Assembly: GCA_017695065.1 (NCBI GenBank)
Contig: JADILZ010000041.1
Span: 1,135-65,134 of the forward strand
Direction: 5' to 3'
Origin: Candidatus Cryptobacteroides excrementipullorum
GTDB lineage: Bacteria > Bacteroidota > Bacteroidia > Bacteroidales > UBA932
DNA: 64,000 bases
Within the stretch, counting starts at the first letter, position 1, and each line of letters starts with the position of its first letter. The notes under the pieces are model-generated. The model made no database searches, was not told where the DNA came from, and saw only the letters and a program-made list of their open reading frames with translations. Position numbers and translations under genes: made by a program. Positions 19,765 through 29,119 of this stretch are shown here, in pieces.

Positions 19765-21810
19765 ATGAGTACAGTCGGAAATGACAGGCCCTCCCAGGGG
19801 GGCGGAGCTCCGCAGAGAAAAAGACCTGTGCGGATAGGCTTTAATTTTTCATGGTTTTACATAATCCTCATATTCGGAATTATCTGGATGTTCTTCAACC
19901 AGGGCGGGGCGAACCCCCAGAAAATCGAATGGGAGGATGTCAAGACACAGATAGAGGCGGGCGATGTGAAGGAGATCACCTTCATCAGGAATGATTTCGA
20001 AGGAAGGGTCACCATCAAGCCGGACAGGCTTGCCAAATATGCTGATAAATTCGGGGGAGTGGTGCCGAAGAAGTCTCCCCATTTCATATTCCTCGTATCT
20101 ACAAGTTTCAATCCCGAGGAGACCTTCGGGCAGCTGAACAGCTCTCTTCCGGAAGAGGACAGGTTCCGGGTGGTGGTCGAGAATGACAGCAAGTTCTGGA
20201 GCACACTGCTCGAGTGGCTTCTTTTCCCTATCCTCCTCATCCTGATGTGGGTATTCATGTTCAGGGGAATGAACCGCGGTATGACCGGCAACGGAGGTCC
20301 GGGCGGAATCTTCAATGTCGGCAAGTCCACGGGAAAACTTGCAGAGAAGGAAAATATCAAGGTTTCATTCAAGGATGTGGCCGGGCTTGAAGGCGCGAAG
20401 GAGGAGGTCATGGAGATTGTGGACTTCCTCAAGAATCCGAAGAAATATACCGCCCTCGGCGGCAAGATTCCAAAGGGAGCCCTGCTTGTAGGGCCTCCGG
20501 GTACCGGAAAGACCCTGCTTGCCAAGGCTGTGGCGGGAGAGGCGAATGTGCCGTTCTTCTCCATTTCAGGCTCGGATTTCGTGGAGATGTTTGTTGGTGT
20601 GGGGGCTTCCAGGGTGAGAGACCTTTTCCGTCAGGCAAAGGAGAAGTCTCCGTGCATAGTGTTCATAGACGAGATAGATGCCGTAGGACGCGCAAGGGGC
20701 AAAAATGTTGGATTCTCATCAAATGACGAGCGCGAAAATACTCTCAACCAGCTTCTTACAGAGATGGATGGCTTTGATTCCAACTCCGGTGTCATCATAC
20801 TTGCGGCCACCAACAGGGCGGATATACTGGACAAGGCGTTGCTTCGTGCCGGCCGTTTCGACCGTCAGATTCATGTGGACCTCCCTGACCTGAAGGAGCG
20901 TGTCGAGATTTTCAATGTGCACTTGAAGAATCTCAAGATAGAACCTGGATTTGACGTGGAGTTCCTGGCGAAGCATACCCCGGGATTTTCCGGTGCTGAC
21001 ATAGCCAACGTGTGCAACGAGGCTGCACTTACTGCAGCAAGGCGGAACAAGAAGATAATCGACAAGCAGGATTTCCTCGATGCGGTGGACAGGATTGTCG
21101 GCGGACTTGAGCGCAAGACCATGATAATCACTCCTGAGGAGAAGAGGTCCATTGCCCACCACGAGGCAGGACACGCCACAGTAAGCTGGTTCCTGAAATA
21201 TGCCAACCCTCTTTTCAAGGTGACTATAGTCCCGAGAGGACAGGCTCTAGGTGCCGCATGGTATCTTCCGGAGGAGAGAAAACTTGAGACCAGGGAGCAG
21301 ATGATTGACGAGATGTGCGCCCTTCTGGGAGGACGTGTCGCCGAGGAAATCGTCAATGGCCAGCCTTCTACCGGGGCTCTCAATGATCTGGAACGTCTTA
21401 CGAAAACAGCCTATGCCATGGTTACATACTATGGAATGAGTGAAAAGGTTGGCACTGTATCGTTCTATGATTCCACAGGATCGAGGGGATATGAGCTTTC
21501 CAAGCCATACAGTGAAAAGACGGCTGAGACAATCGACCGTGAAGTGAAGGACCTCATCCAGTCAATCCATGACAGGACCTACAAGATACTCATGGACCAT
21601 AAGGAGGGCTTCGAGCAGCTTGCTGCCCAGCTTCTTGACAAGGAGGTGATTTTCGCTGACGACCTTGAAAAGATATTCGGCAAGAGGCCGTGGGGTACAC
21701 GCGAGGACGAGCTCGAGACGAAAAACCCTGATGAAGGGAATGATGCTTCTGCAGCAGATGCCGGTGAGGTGGAGGATGTGCAGGGAAAAGAAATGGCAGA
21801 TGAAAAATAA
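19765..21810 (+). CDS. ftsH: ATP-dependent zinc metalloprotease FtsH
   Basis: [25 protein letters not shown] region, HEAGHA zinc site, two N-terminal TM segments. Confidence 0.95.
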   Translation: MSTVGNDRPSQGGGAPQRKRPVRIGFNFSWFYIILIFGIIWMFFNQGGANPQKIEWEDVKTQIEAGDVKEITFIRNDFEGRVTIKPDRLAKYADKFGGVVPKKSPHFIFLVSTSFNPEETFGQLNSSLPEEDRFRVVVENDSKFWSTLLEWLLFPILLILMWVFMFRGMNRGMTGNGGPGGIFNVGKSTGKLAEKENIKVSFKDVAGLEGAKEEVMEIVDFLKNPKKYTALGGKIPKGALLVGPPGTGKTLLAKAVAGEANVPFFSISGSDFVEMFVGVGASRVRDLFRQAKEKSPCIVFIDEIDAVGRARGKNVGFSSNDERENTLNQLLTEMDGFDSNSGVIILAATNRADILDKALLRAGRFDRQIHVDLPDLKERVEIFNVHLKNLKIEPGFDVEFLAKHTPGFSGADIANVCNEAALTAARRNKKIIDKQDFLDAVDRIVGGLERKTMIITPEEKRSIAHHEAGHATVSWFLKYANPLFKVTIVPRGQALGAAWYLPEERKLETREQMIDEMCALLGGRVAEEIVNGQPSTGALNDLERLTKTAYAMVTYYGMSEKVGTVSFYDSTGSRGYELSKPYSEKTAETIDREVKDLIQSIHDRTYKILMDHKEGFEQLAAQLLDKEVIFADDLEKIFGKRPWGTREDELETKNPDEGNDASAADAGEVEDVQGKEMADEK

Positions 21811-22651
21811 AAACTTGATAGTCAGGACTCTTTCAGGGGCAGGCTTCGTGGCGGTAATGCTGGCGGGCCTGCTTCTGGATAAATTTTTATTTGCAGCTCT
21901 CATGCTGTTCATCATGGTCACGATGATGCATGAGTTCTTCAAGATGACGATGGGGGACGAATACCGTTTTTCGAGGTCCCTTGCGATTTTCGCTGGTGTA
22001 ACCCTGTTCTGCCTTACATTCTTTTACCGCGGCCATGTGTGGAACTTTCCTGGACGGCTAGTGATCCTGGCTGTGATCCCTTTGTTTCTCGTTATGGTCA
22101 ACTCATTGTATGTCAAGGATAAGACGGACTTTGGCAAGTTTGCTAACCTCTATACGGCCATTCTTTATATCGCCGTGCCGATGACACTTACCAATTTTGC
22201 GGTTTTTTCTTCTGACGGAACTTTTTCCGGCCTGCTTCTCCTGTGTTTCTTCATAATAATATGGTCTTCGGATGTCGGAGCCTATCTTTTCGGGATAACC
22301 TTGGGTCAGCGTTTCGGCAAGAAACTTTTCCCGGAGGTCTCCCCGAAGAAGTCATGGGTCGGTTTCTGGGGCGGGTTCATGATGTCAGTCATAGTGGCGG
22401 TAGTGCTTTATCTGACAGGTCTCTTCCCACAGTCGTACAGCTTGACCAAATGCATTGTGCTTGCTGTAATAATGAATGTCTCAGGTGTGTATGGAGACCT
22501 TGTCGAATCCCAGTGGAAAAGGCACTATGCACTGAAGGATTCGGGACGGATCATCCCTGGACACGGGGGGATGCTCGACAGGTTCGACAGTGCCCTGTTT
22601 GCCATTCCGATGGGAGTCATATACCTGCTCATATACAATATTCTTTGGTAG
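21800..22651 (+). CDS. cdsA: phosphatidate cytidylyltransferase
   Basis: Polytopic membrane protein with the C-terminal signature SQWKRHYALKDSGRIIPGHGGMLDRFDS. The ATG at 21800 overlaps the ftsH stop by 11 nt. Confidence 0.85.
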   Translation: MKNKNLIVRTLSGAGFVAVMLAGLLLDKFLFAALMLFIMVTMMHEFFKMTMGDEYRFSRSLAIFAGVTLFCLTFFYRGHVWNFPGRLVILAVIPLFLVMVNSLYVKDKTDFGKFANLYTAILYIAVPMTLTNFAVFSSDGTFSGLLLLCFFIIIWSSDVGAYLFGITLGQRFGKKLFPEVSPKKSWVGFWGGFMMSVIVAVVLYLTGLFPQSYSLTKCIVLAVIMNVSGVYGDLVESQWKRHYALKDSGRIIPGHGGMLDRFDSALFAIPMGVIYLLIYNILW

Positions 22652-22709
22652 CGCCTGCTGTATATAATGTATTTTTTGTAAATTTGCAACGGAAAAATTA
22701 AAACAGGAC

Positions 22710-23360
22710 ATGACAATTCACAGAGACGGTCGTGGTACAATACTTTGCATCTGGGCGTTCTGCGCTCTGATGATATTCATCGTCCTACGTTTTATCGATT
22801 GCGTCTTCGTTTCATATCCCCTTGCCGGTGCCCTGATTTTTTTCATGGGTTTTGTCCTCTATTTTTTCCGGGTCCCTGACAGGGAGGCTGTAGCAAGTGA
22901 GAGGGCAGTCACTTCAGTGGCTGACGGGGAAGTAGTGATAATCGACAGGGTATATGAAAGCGAGTATATAAAGGGTGAGTGCATCCAGGTGTCGGTCTAT
23001 ATGGATTTTTTCAATGTCCATGTCAATTTCTGGCCGATTTCAGGTGAGGTCACCTACTACAAATATCATCCCGGGAAGTATCTCCTGGCTTTTCTTCCAA
23101 AGGCATCGGAGCTCAATGAGCATACCTCGGTCGCCGTGCGTAACATGTATGGCGAGGTATTCTTCAAGCAGCTTGCCGGCACTTTCGCACGTCGCATTGT
23201 ATGCTATGCGAAAGTAGGCAACACCAGTGAGCGCGGATCCCAGTGCGGCATAATCAAGTTCGGATCCCGGATAGACATGTATCTTCCTCTTGATGCCAAA
23301 ATCAAGGTAAAGCTCGGAGATGAGGTACGGGCCTGTGAAACAGTTATAGCTGAACTATAA
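22710..23360 (+). CDS. psd: phosphatidylserine decarboxylase family protein (short form)
   Basis: FGSRIDMYLP resembles the G-S self-cleavage motif. The size and position after cdsA are typical for Bacteroidetes. Confidence 0.8.
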   Translation: MTIHRDGRGTILCIWAFCALMIFIVLRFIDCVFVSYPLAGALIFFMGFVLYFFRVPDREAVASERAVTSVADGEVVIIDRVYESEYIKGECIQVSVYMDFFNVHVNFWPISGEVTYYKYHPGKYLLAFLPKASELNEHTSVAVRNMYGEVFFKQLAGTFARRIVCYAKVGNTSERGSQCGIIKFGSRIDMYLPLDAKIKVKLGDEVRACETVIAEL

Positions 23361-23501
23361 AATGAACGGAATCACATCAGATCAGAACAATTCCGCCATG
23401 TCAATCTGTGGCGAATCGGACGACTCAGTCCCCTTGTCGGGCAAATGCCCGACCGGAATCAGGCAGGTAAGTAGGCTTTACAGTCTAGGAAAGGAGGATT
23501 T

Positions 23502-24833
23502 ATGGATGAAATAGTCATCATCTTTGCGCTTATCCTGCTAAACGGCGTCTTCTCAATGTCGGAGATAGCGCTTATTTCAGCGAGAAAATCGAGTCTGCAG
23601 ACGGATGCAGACAAAGGCCAGAAATCGGCCAAGACAGCCTTGAAACTTGCATCGGACCCAGACAAGTTCCTGTCTGCCATCCAGATGGGTATCACTTTGA
23701 TTGGTATCCTTACCGGTATCTTCTCCGGCAACAAGATAGCTGAAGAGCTTACTGCCGTGCTTGCAAGGGCCGGCATGTCGCTCGGACCTGCATCTGCCGT
23801 GGCGCAGACTATCATTGTCATCATTGTGACGTATTTCACCATTTTGCTTGGAGAGCTCGTCCCCAAGAGGATAGCAATGAGTGCGTCAGAGAGGGTGGCG
23901 AAGATTGTGGCCAGGCCTATGAGAGCGATATCGTTGATAACATCTCCTTTCGTATGGCTTCTGTCGAAAAGTACTGCCGGAGTCCTGAAGGTCCTGGGAG
24001 TCAAGGCACAGGAGTCGAAGGTGACGGAGGAGGAGATAAAGTCAATCATCCAGGAAGGTACTGATGAAGGTGAGGTATCGCCTGTGGAACAGGATATAGT
24101 GGACAGGGTGTTTGCACTTGGAGACCTGAAAGTGAGCACCATAATGACACTCCGCAATGACATCATTTACCTGGATCTGGAAATGAGCGACGAGGAGATC
24201 AGGCATACTATAGAAGAAAATATCTTCGAGGCCTATCCTGTTGTGGACGGCGACCTGGACCATGTGGTCGGGGTGCTCTCCCTTAAGGATTTTGTGCTCA
24301 ATGTGGGAAAAGAGGAGCTGAAGCTGGACAAGATGATACATTCCCCGGTATATTTCCACGAGAACATGAATGTCTATACTGTCCTTGAGGACATGAAACG
24401 CAAGAAGATAAGCCGTGCCCTCGTCTGTGACGAATTCGGGTCATGCAGCGGAATCATCACCCTTAAGGATATAATGGAGGCTCTGATAGGTACAGTGAAT
24501 GACGACCATCAGAAGGAGCCGGATATTGTCGCCCGTCTTAACAATGACGGCTGGATAGTGGACGGCCAGTGCTCCATGTATGACTTCATCATGCATTTCG
24601 ACCTGGATGACGAGGTGCAGGACTATGAATACACTACGGTTGCCGGACTTATCCTTGACCTGCTCGACCATGTCCCTGTTCCAGGCGAGAAGGCCACATG
24701 GGGCAACTTCGAGTTCGAGGTGGTGGACATGGACGGAGCAAGGATAGACAAGGTCATTGTGAAGGACACCAGGGCTGGCCGGCAGACGGATTCCCAAGCG
24801 GGTAAATCCGGGGACTCCGGCCAGGAACGGTAA
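23502..24833 (+). CDS. hemolysin/CNNM family protein (DUF21 - CBS pair - CorC_HlyC)
   Basis: N-terminal DUF21 TM region (LNGVFSMSEIALISARK), tandem CBS region, and a C-terminal transporter-associated domain (FEFEVVDMDGARIDKVIV). Confidence 0.85.
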   Translation: MDEIVIIFALILLNGVFSMSEIALISARKSSLQTDADKGQKSAKTALKLASDPDKFLSAIQMGITLIGILTGIFSGNKIAEELTAVLARAGMSLGPASAVAQTIIVIIVTYFTILLGELVPKRIAMSASERVAKIVARPMRAISLITSPFVWLLSKSTAGVLKVLGVKAQESKVTEEEIKSIIQEGTDEGEVSPVEQDIVDRVFALGDLKVSTIMTLRNDIIYLDLEMSDEEIRHTIEENIFEAYPVVDGDLDHVVGVLSLKDFVLNVGKEELKLDKMIHSPVYFHENMNVYTVLEDMKRKKISRALVCDEFGSCSGIITLKDIMEALIGTVNDDHQKEPDIVARLNNDGWIVDGQCSMYDFIMHFDLDDEVQDYEYTTVAGLILDLLDHVPVPGEKATWGNFEFEVVDMDGARIDKVIVKDTRAGRQTDSQAGKSGDSGQER

Positions 24834-24848
24834 GGCTTAGCCGGCCGG

Positions 24849-26195
24849 TCAGACTCCGTAAGAAGAGTCTTTCCCGATGAGCTCAAGCAGACAGTCGATA
24901 GCCTCGGTCTCGGGTACATGCCTCATGACCGGGGTTTTACCTTTATATATGGAGACCTTGTGGTCGCCTTCGCCTACATACCCCCAGTCGGCGTCAGCCA
25001 TCTCTCCCGGGCCGTTGACGATGCAGCCCATGACAGCTATGACCATACCTTTCAGATGGGCTGTACGCCGTTTCACCTCGTTGAAGGTCTCTTCGAGGTT
25101 ATACATTGTCCTTCCGCATCCCGGGCAGGCTATGTATTCGGGCCTGTAGAATTTCCTTCTGGCTGCCTGCAGCAGTTCGTCGCACAGGTATGCGGAGAGC
25201 CCTGACTGTACGATATCCTCTTCCTTGCCGTCGCTGCCTGTGAATGTACCCTGGATCTTCACATCGTCTATTTTCCTGTCAAGTAGCATCTTGCCGAAGT
25301 CGCACGTCATATCGAGCATAAGCCTTTCCCTTGACGGGGAGCGGTATGTGGCTATGGCCACATTATCTTCAAGATTCAGGGACACCATTGACGAGTGAAG
25401 CCTGTGGTCATAACGGTCTGCGAGGTATTTCGCCACCGGGATTTCATTCACAGGGTCCTCCGTAAGCGATACTCTGATGGTGTTCCCGATCCCCTCGGAC
25501 AGAAGTGCTGAGATTCCGGCTGCCGATTTGATTCGTCCTGAGTCCCCGTTGCCGGCCTCTGTCACACCTACATGAAGAGGGAAGAGCACGCCCCTTTCCT
25601 CCATTGCCTTGTAAAGCAGCCTATAGGCTTCCACCATGACGACTGTGTTGCTGGATTTCAGTGATACGACGATGTTGTAGAAGTTGTGCGATATGCACAT
25701 ATCTATCCATTCCATTGCCGCTTCCTTCATCGCGAAAGGGGTATTGCCGTACAGCCCTGTGATTCTCGGTCCGAGGGAGCCGTGGTTGAGTCCGATCCTT
25801 ATCGCTGTCCCGTTCTGCCTGCACACCTCGACAAGCCTTGCGAACTGTGCCTGTGCCTGGGCATGGTCCCTGTGGAAATTTCCGGGATTTATCCGTACCT
25901 TTTCCACTATCCCGGCGGCTTCAATTGCAATTTCCGAAGAGAAATGGACATCTGCCACCAGCGGTGTCGTTATACCCTCAGCCCTGAGTGCGGCCTTGAT
26001 TTCCCTGAGTGCCTCGACTTCCCTGTGACCTGGCACAGTGAGCCTGATGAGCTGCGCCCCTGCTTCGTGCAGTGCCCTGCACTGTGCTATGGAAGCCCTT
26101 ACATCGGCCGTGTGGGTGTTGCACATTGACTGTACTACAATAGGGCAGTCCGCCCCTATCATGACATTTCCTGCCTTGGCTGTTATTATTTTCAT
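24849..26195 (-). CDS. ispG: 4-hydroxy-3-methylbut-2-en-1-yl diphosphate synthase (flavodoxin) IspG
   Basis: PIVVQSMCNT, IRLTVPG, RINPGN, GLNHGSL, and the C-terminal cluster motif ACPGCGRT...VMGCIVNGPGE. Confidence 0.9.
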   Translation of the reverse strand: MKIITAKAGNVMIGADCPIVVQSMCNTHTADVRASIAQCRALHEAGAQLIRLTVPGHREVEALREIKAALRAEGITTPLVADVHFSSEIAIEAAGIVEKVRINPGNFHRDHAQAQAQFARLVEVCRQNGTAIRIGLNHGSLGPRITGLYGNTPFAMKEAAMEWIDMCISHNFYNIVVSLKSSNTVVMVEAYRLLYKAMEERGVLFPLHVGVTEAGNGDSGRIKSAAGISALLSEGIGNTIRVSLTEDPVNEIPVAKYLADRYDHRLHSSMVSLNLEDNVAIATYRSPSRERLMLDMTCDFGKMLLDRKIDDVKIQGTFTGSDGKEEDIVQSGLSAYLCDELLQAARRKFYRPEYIACPGCGRTMYNLEETFNEVKRRTAHLKGMVIAVMGCIVNGPGEMADADWGYVGEGDHKVSIYKGKTPVMRHVPETEAIDCLLELIGKDSSYGV

Positions 26196-26224
26196 AATGT
26201 AGTTCTTTGTTAAAGGTCTGTCTG

Positions 26225-27226
26225 TCAGTTTTCCTGCTTAGCATCCATTTCAGGTGTCCCGGCATCCAGGGAACGGATGAGTCCCACCTGCTCCCTTGCT
26301 TCACGTCTAAGCTGGTGCTTTGTCTTCCCGACCCTCTTTGTGAGCTGGAAATGGATACCTGCGGAGAAGATAATGTTCGACGGGTAACTGAACCTGTAGA
26401 AGTAGTTGCTGTAATAGTCAGGCTGGTGCAGTGTCCCCATGGAGTACTTGTACATGGCTGTGAAATGTATCTCCACCGGATCGAACACGAACGCGAATCC
26501 TCCTCCTCCCTTGATTCCGTAGTCGAATCTCTTGTCTGTATCTACAAATCCTGTTGCCACATCATCCGGAATCCCTTCCCCTGTGCGCGTGACGTTGAGC
26601 CTGTAGCCGGCAAAAAATCCGATATTCGCTATCAGTTTCATTTTCCAGAAGTCGAAGTGCAGGTGCGCGAGCAGAGGCACCTCGATCACATCCATGACGG
26701 CGCTCCTGACTCCTGAATAGCGTCCTCCGAGGTCCGGCCACGTCTCGGTTTCAGGGTCTGCCTTGAACTGGTAGCCTTCCCTTGCATAGTATATACCTGC
26801 CTGGAAGCCGAAATATGGCATGTATCCGAACATTTTCCCGTATCTCGTGTATGTGATTCCGAAATTGACCGGATAGAACACCGAGCTCTGTCTCATGTTC
26901 GGGTTCCACATTACGCTGCTCAGGCTCACTCCGTACTGTATCCCTACCATAGAATAGTCGTTGATGACTATCTTCTCCTTTATGTCAATGGAGTCGAGGT
27001 ATGCATCAAGACTGTCTGCAGCAGGCAGCCTGAGGCCGAAACCTGCCGTGCTGCTGTCTGCCATCTCCACGCTTTTTAGTGTGGCGGCGCTATCTGCCAT
27101 GACCTTTACTGCCTTCTGTCTCTTCTCCCGCCTCTGTCCGTATACTGTGCTCTGGCTGAAAAGGAGTACGGCCAGCAGGAATGCCGCCGTCGGAACTGCT
27201 GATGCAAATATACTTTTCATACTCAT
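26225..27226 (-). CDS. outer-membrane beta-barrel protein (PorT/OmpA-beta-barrel-like)
   Basis: Signal peptide, alternating aromatic/glycine beta-strand pattern, and an aromatic residue near the C-terminal strand. No specific family was recognised. Confidence 0.55.
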   Translation of the reverse strand: MSMKSIFASAVPTAAFLLAVLLFSQSTVYGQRREKRQKAVKVMADSAATLKSVEMADSSTAGFGLRLPAADSLDAYLDSIDIKEKIVINDYSMVGIQYGVSLSSVMWNPNMRQSSVFYPVNFGITYTRYGKMFGYMPYFGFQAGIYYAREGYQFKADPETETWPDLGGRYSGVRSAVMDVIEVPLLAHLHFDFWKMKLIANIGFFAGYRLNVTRTGEGIPDDVATGFVDTDKRFDYGIKGGGGFAFVFDPVEIHFTAMYKYSMGTLHQPDYYSNYFYRFSYPSNIIFSAGIHFQLTKRVGKTKHQLRREAREQVGLIRSLDAGTPEMDAKQEN

Positions 27227-29019
27227 TTGAACATTTCTCCCACATCAATACTTTGCGTCAGCTCAGTCTTCTCAGGTATATCAATGAATGCTGTCCCGTC
27301 GTCGAGCTTGTAGAACATGACTTTTTCCGGCTGTTTCCTTTCGAGGAGGTTTCCGGTGTCCACTATACCGTTCCTGTTGACATCCTCTGTAAGCCTTATG
27401 GAGTATTTGCCGGCTTTGAGGTATGGGAAAGACAGGGTCTGGTCACTCTCGATTATGTAGCTTCTGAGCACCTGGTCCCTCTTTTCGTTGAGCATGTCCA
27501 CTATGTACTTGTTGCGTACATTGGAAAGCGAGAGGGTGAGAGAACTGAGTGTCTCGTCGTTAGGAAGTGTGACGCTGACTTCCAGGCTGTCGTTGTACAG
27601 CCCGTTGATGTCCTTGAACTTCTTGCCAGGGATATTCAGGAAATATTCATATCCCGGAAGGAGCTTCTCTTCAGGACGTATCACGTACCTGCGCAGGTTG
27701 AGAGTGTCCTGAGTGACTGTGAACTTTCCTTTGCTTTCCTGCTGGCGTGGGTTCAGATACCTGAAGGTGACGGAATCGAAGGCCGTCTCCACCACAGGGT
27801 ACTTGAATTCAACCACGAACCCGGTCTGTTCCACCTTGTCAGGCTCTGCAGATACGGAGAATACAGCTGTCGTGTCCTCTTTCTTTATATCCTTCTTTGC
27901 ACTCTTCCTCACATTCAGCTCCTTTGGCTTGGCGAGCTTTATCTCCTCTACGAAAGGGACGAGCTTGCCAAGTGTATCCGTTTTCAGATAATCCACGTTA
28001 AGAAACAGGGTGTCAGGCTGTTCTGCAGGGTCGTTTATCCATATCTCCAGGCTGTCCTGCTCAATGTTGAACTGGGTTATGATCTTTTCATGCGGTATGC
28101 CTTTGATCCATAGCGAGTCGATCTTTGCATACGGGGCCATGAATGTGATGTATGCGGTCCGTTCTCCGATGCGCTCATAATTGGTTATCATCTGAGTGGA
28201 AGGAGTCTCCTTGAACATGTTGAGCTCATACTGTGTATTGCGTGCCAGACATGCAAGTGTGTCCGTCATCAGATATTTCTGGAGTTCAGGGATGGAATCC
28301 CTCACTACGGAAACCGGCCTGATGAGTGAATCGAAGAATGCGACCTGTTCGGTGGTTGCATCGTATTTGTTGTCATAATTCGCGTCCATGACAGCGAACA
28401 GCCTGTACACGGTATCCTGTATGTTCCTCAGGCAGAAGAACCCCCAGTCATCAGTCTTTCCGGCTGCCACCGGACGCCGGAGGAATATGGCAGAGTCCGC
28501 CTGGTCCTTGTACAGCATGACAGTAGCGCCCTTTACCGGCATGAGCGTGTTGCAGTCCTGCACAATACCGGTTATATACATAGAGTCAAGCACGGCTCCT
28601 GTGGAGAATGCCAGGTTGTAGCCGGGGTACATGTTCCCCTCGTTGTTGTCAGCTATCGCATTGGTGAGGTCGAGGGTGTATGTCTTGTTGGAGTCGAGGT
28701 CTGACTCGAAAGAGATTATCAGGCTCTTTCCCTTGATCTTGTATTTCGGGGATTTCTCCATCGGAGGTGAAAGGAATATGCTCTGCTGGTCCTTCACCAC
28801 GACATACTCGTTGAATGTGAAGGTGAGCTGTGTCTTGTGTACTGGCACCATGGTCGTCCCTGGATATGGGAACAGCTTGGTGATTACCGGGGGGATGGTA
28901 TCTTTCGGCCCCCCGGAAGGGGGAGTGGTGGTGTTGGCGCAAGAATGCGAGAACATCATCGTCCCGAGCACCAGCCCTATTGGAATCACGGGAAAGTATT
29001 TCTCCAAAAACCTGTTCAT
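27223..29019 (-). CDS. Ig-like (SbsA/Big-type) domain lipoprotein
   Basis: Lipobox FSHSC, then the PPSGGPKDTIPPVI...TFTFNEYV pattern common to Bacteroidetes Ig-like domain lipoproteins. It overlaps the downstream gene by 4 nt, so the two are probably co-transcribed. Confidence 0.55.
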   Translation of the reverse strand: MNRFLEKYFPVIPIGLVLGTMMFSHSCANTTTPPSGGPKDTIPPVITKLFPYPGTTMVPVHKTQLTFTFNEYVVVKDQQSIFLSPPMEKSPKYKIKGKSLIISFESDLDSNKTYTLDLTNAIADNNEGNMYPGYNLAFSTGAVLDSMYITGIVQDCNTLMPVKGATVMLYKDQADSAIFLRRPVAAGKTDDWGFFCLRNIQDTVYRLFAVMDANYDNKYDATTEQVAFFDSLIRPVSVVRDSIPELQKYLMTDTLACLARNTQYELNMFKETPSTQMITNYERIGERTAYITFMAPYAKIDSLWIKGIPHEKIITQFNIEQDSLEIWINDPAEQPDTLFLNVDYLKTDTLGKLVPFVEEIKLAKPKELNVRKSAKKDIKKEDTTAVFSVSAEPDKVEQTGFVVEFKYPVVETAFDSVTFRYLNPRQQESKGKFTVTQDTLNLRRYVIRPEEKLLPGYEYFLNIPGKKFKDINGLYNDSLEVSVTLPNDETLSSLTLSLSNVRNKYIVDMLNEKRDQVLRSYIIESDQTLSFPYLKAGKYSIRLTEDVNRNGIVDTGNLLERKQPEKVMFYKLDDGTAFIDIPEKTELTQSIDVGEMFK

Positions 29020-29119
29020 CGTATCAATTTTAACGTCAGTTCGACGAATTAATTTTAAAAGTAAATATTCAAAACCACAACTATAATGACCGGAATCCGT
29101 CGTGCTGACAGGCGGATGT

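Noticed and set aside
27181-28113. Long antisense ORFs in housekeeping genes: 27181-28113 (+), 30434-31333 (+), 32870-33775 (+), 38760-39725 (+), 4395-5345 (-), 97-714 (-).
   Set aside because: Each lies opposite a confidently recognised gene (Ig-like lipoprotein, RelA/SpoT, LigA, DUF4249/YccF, GSIII/exonuclease, metallophosphoesterase). None shows a recognisable motif.
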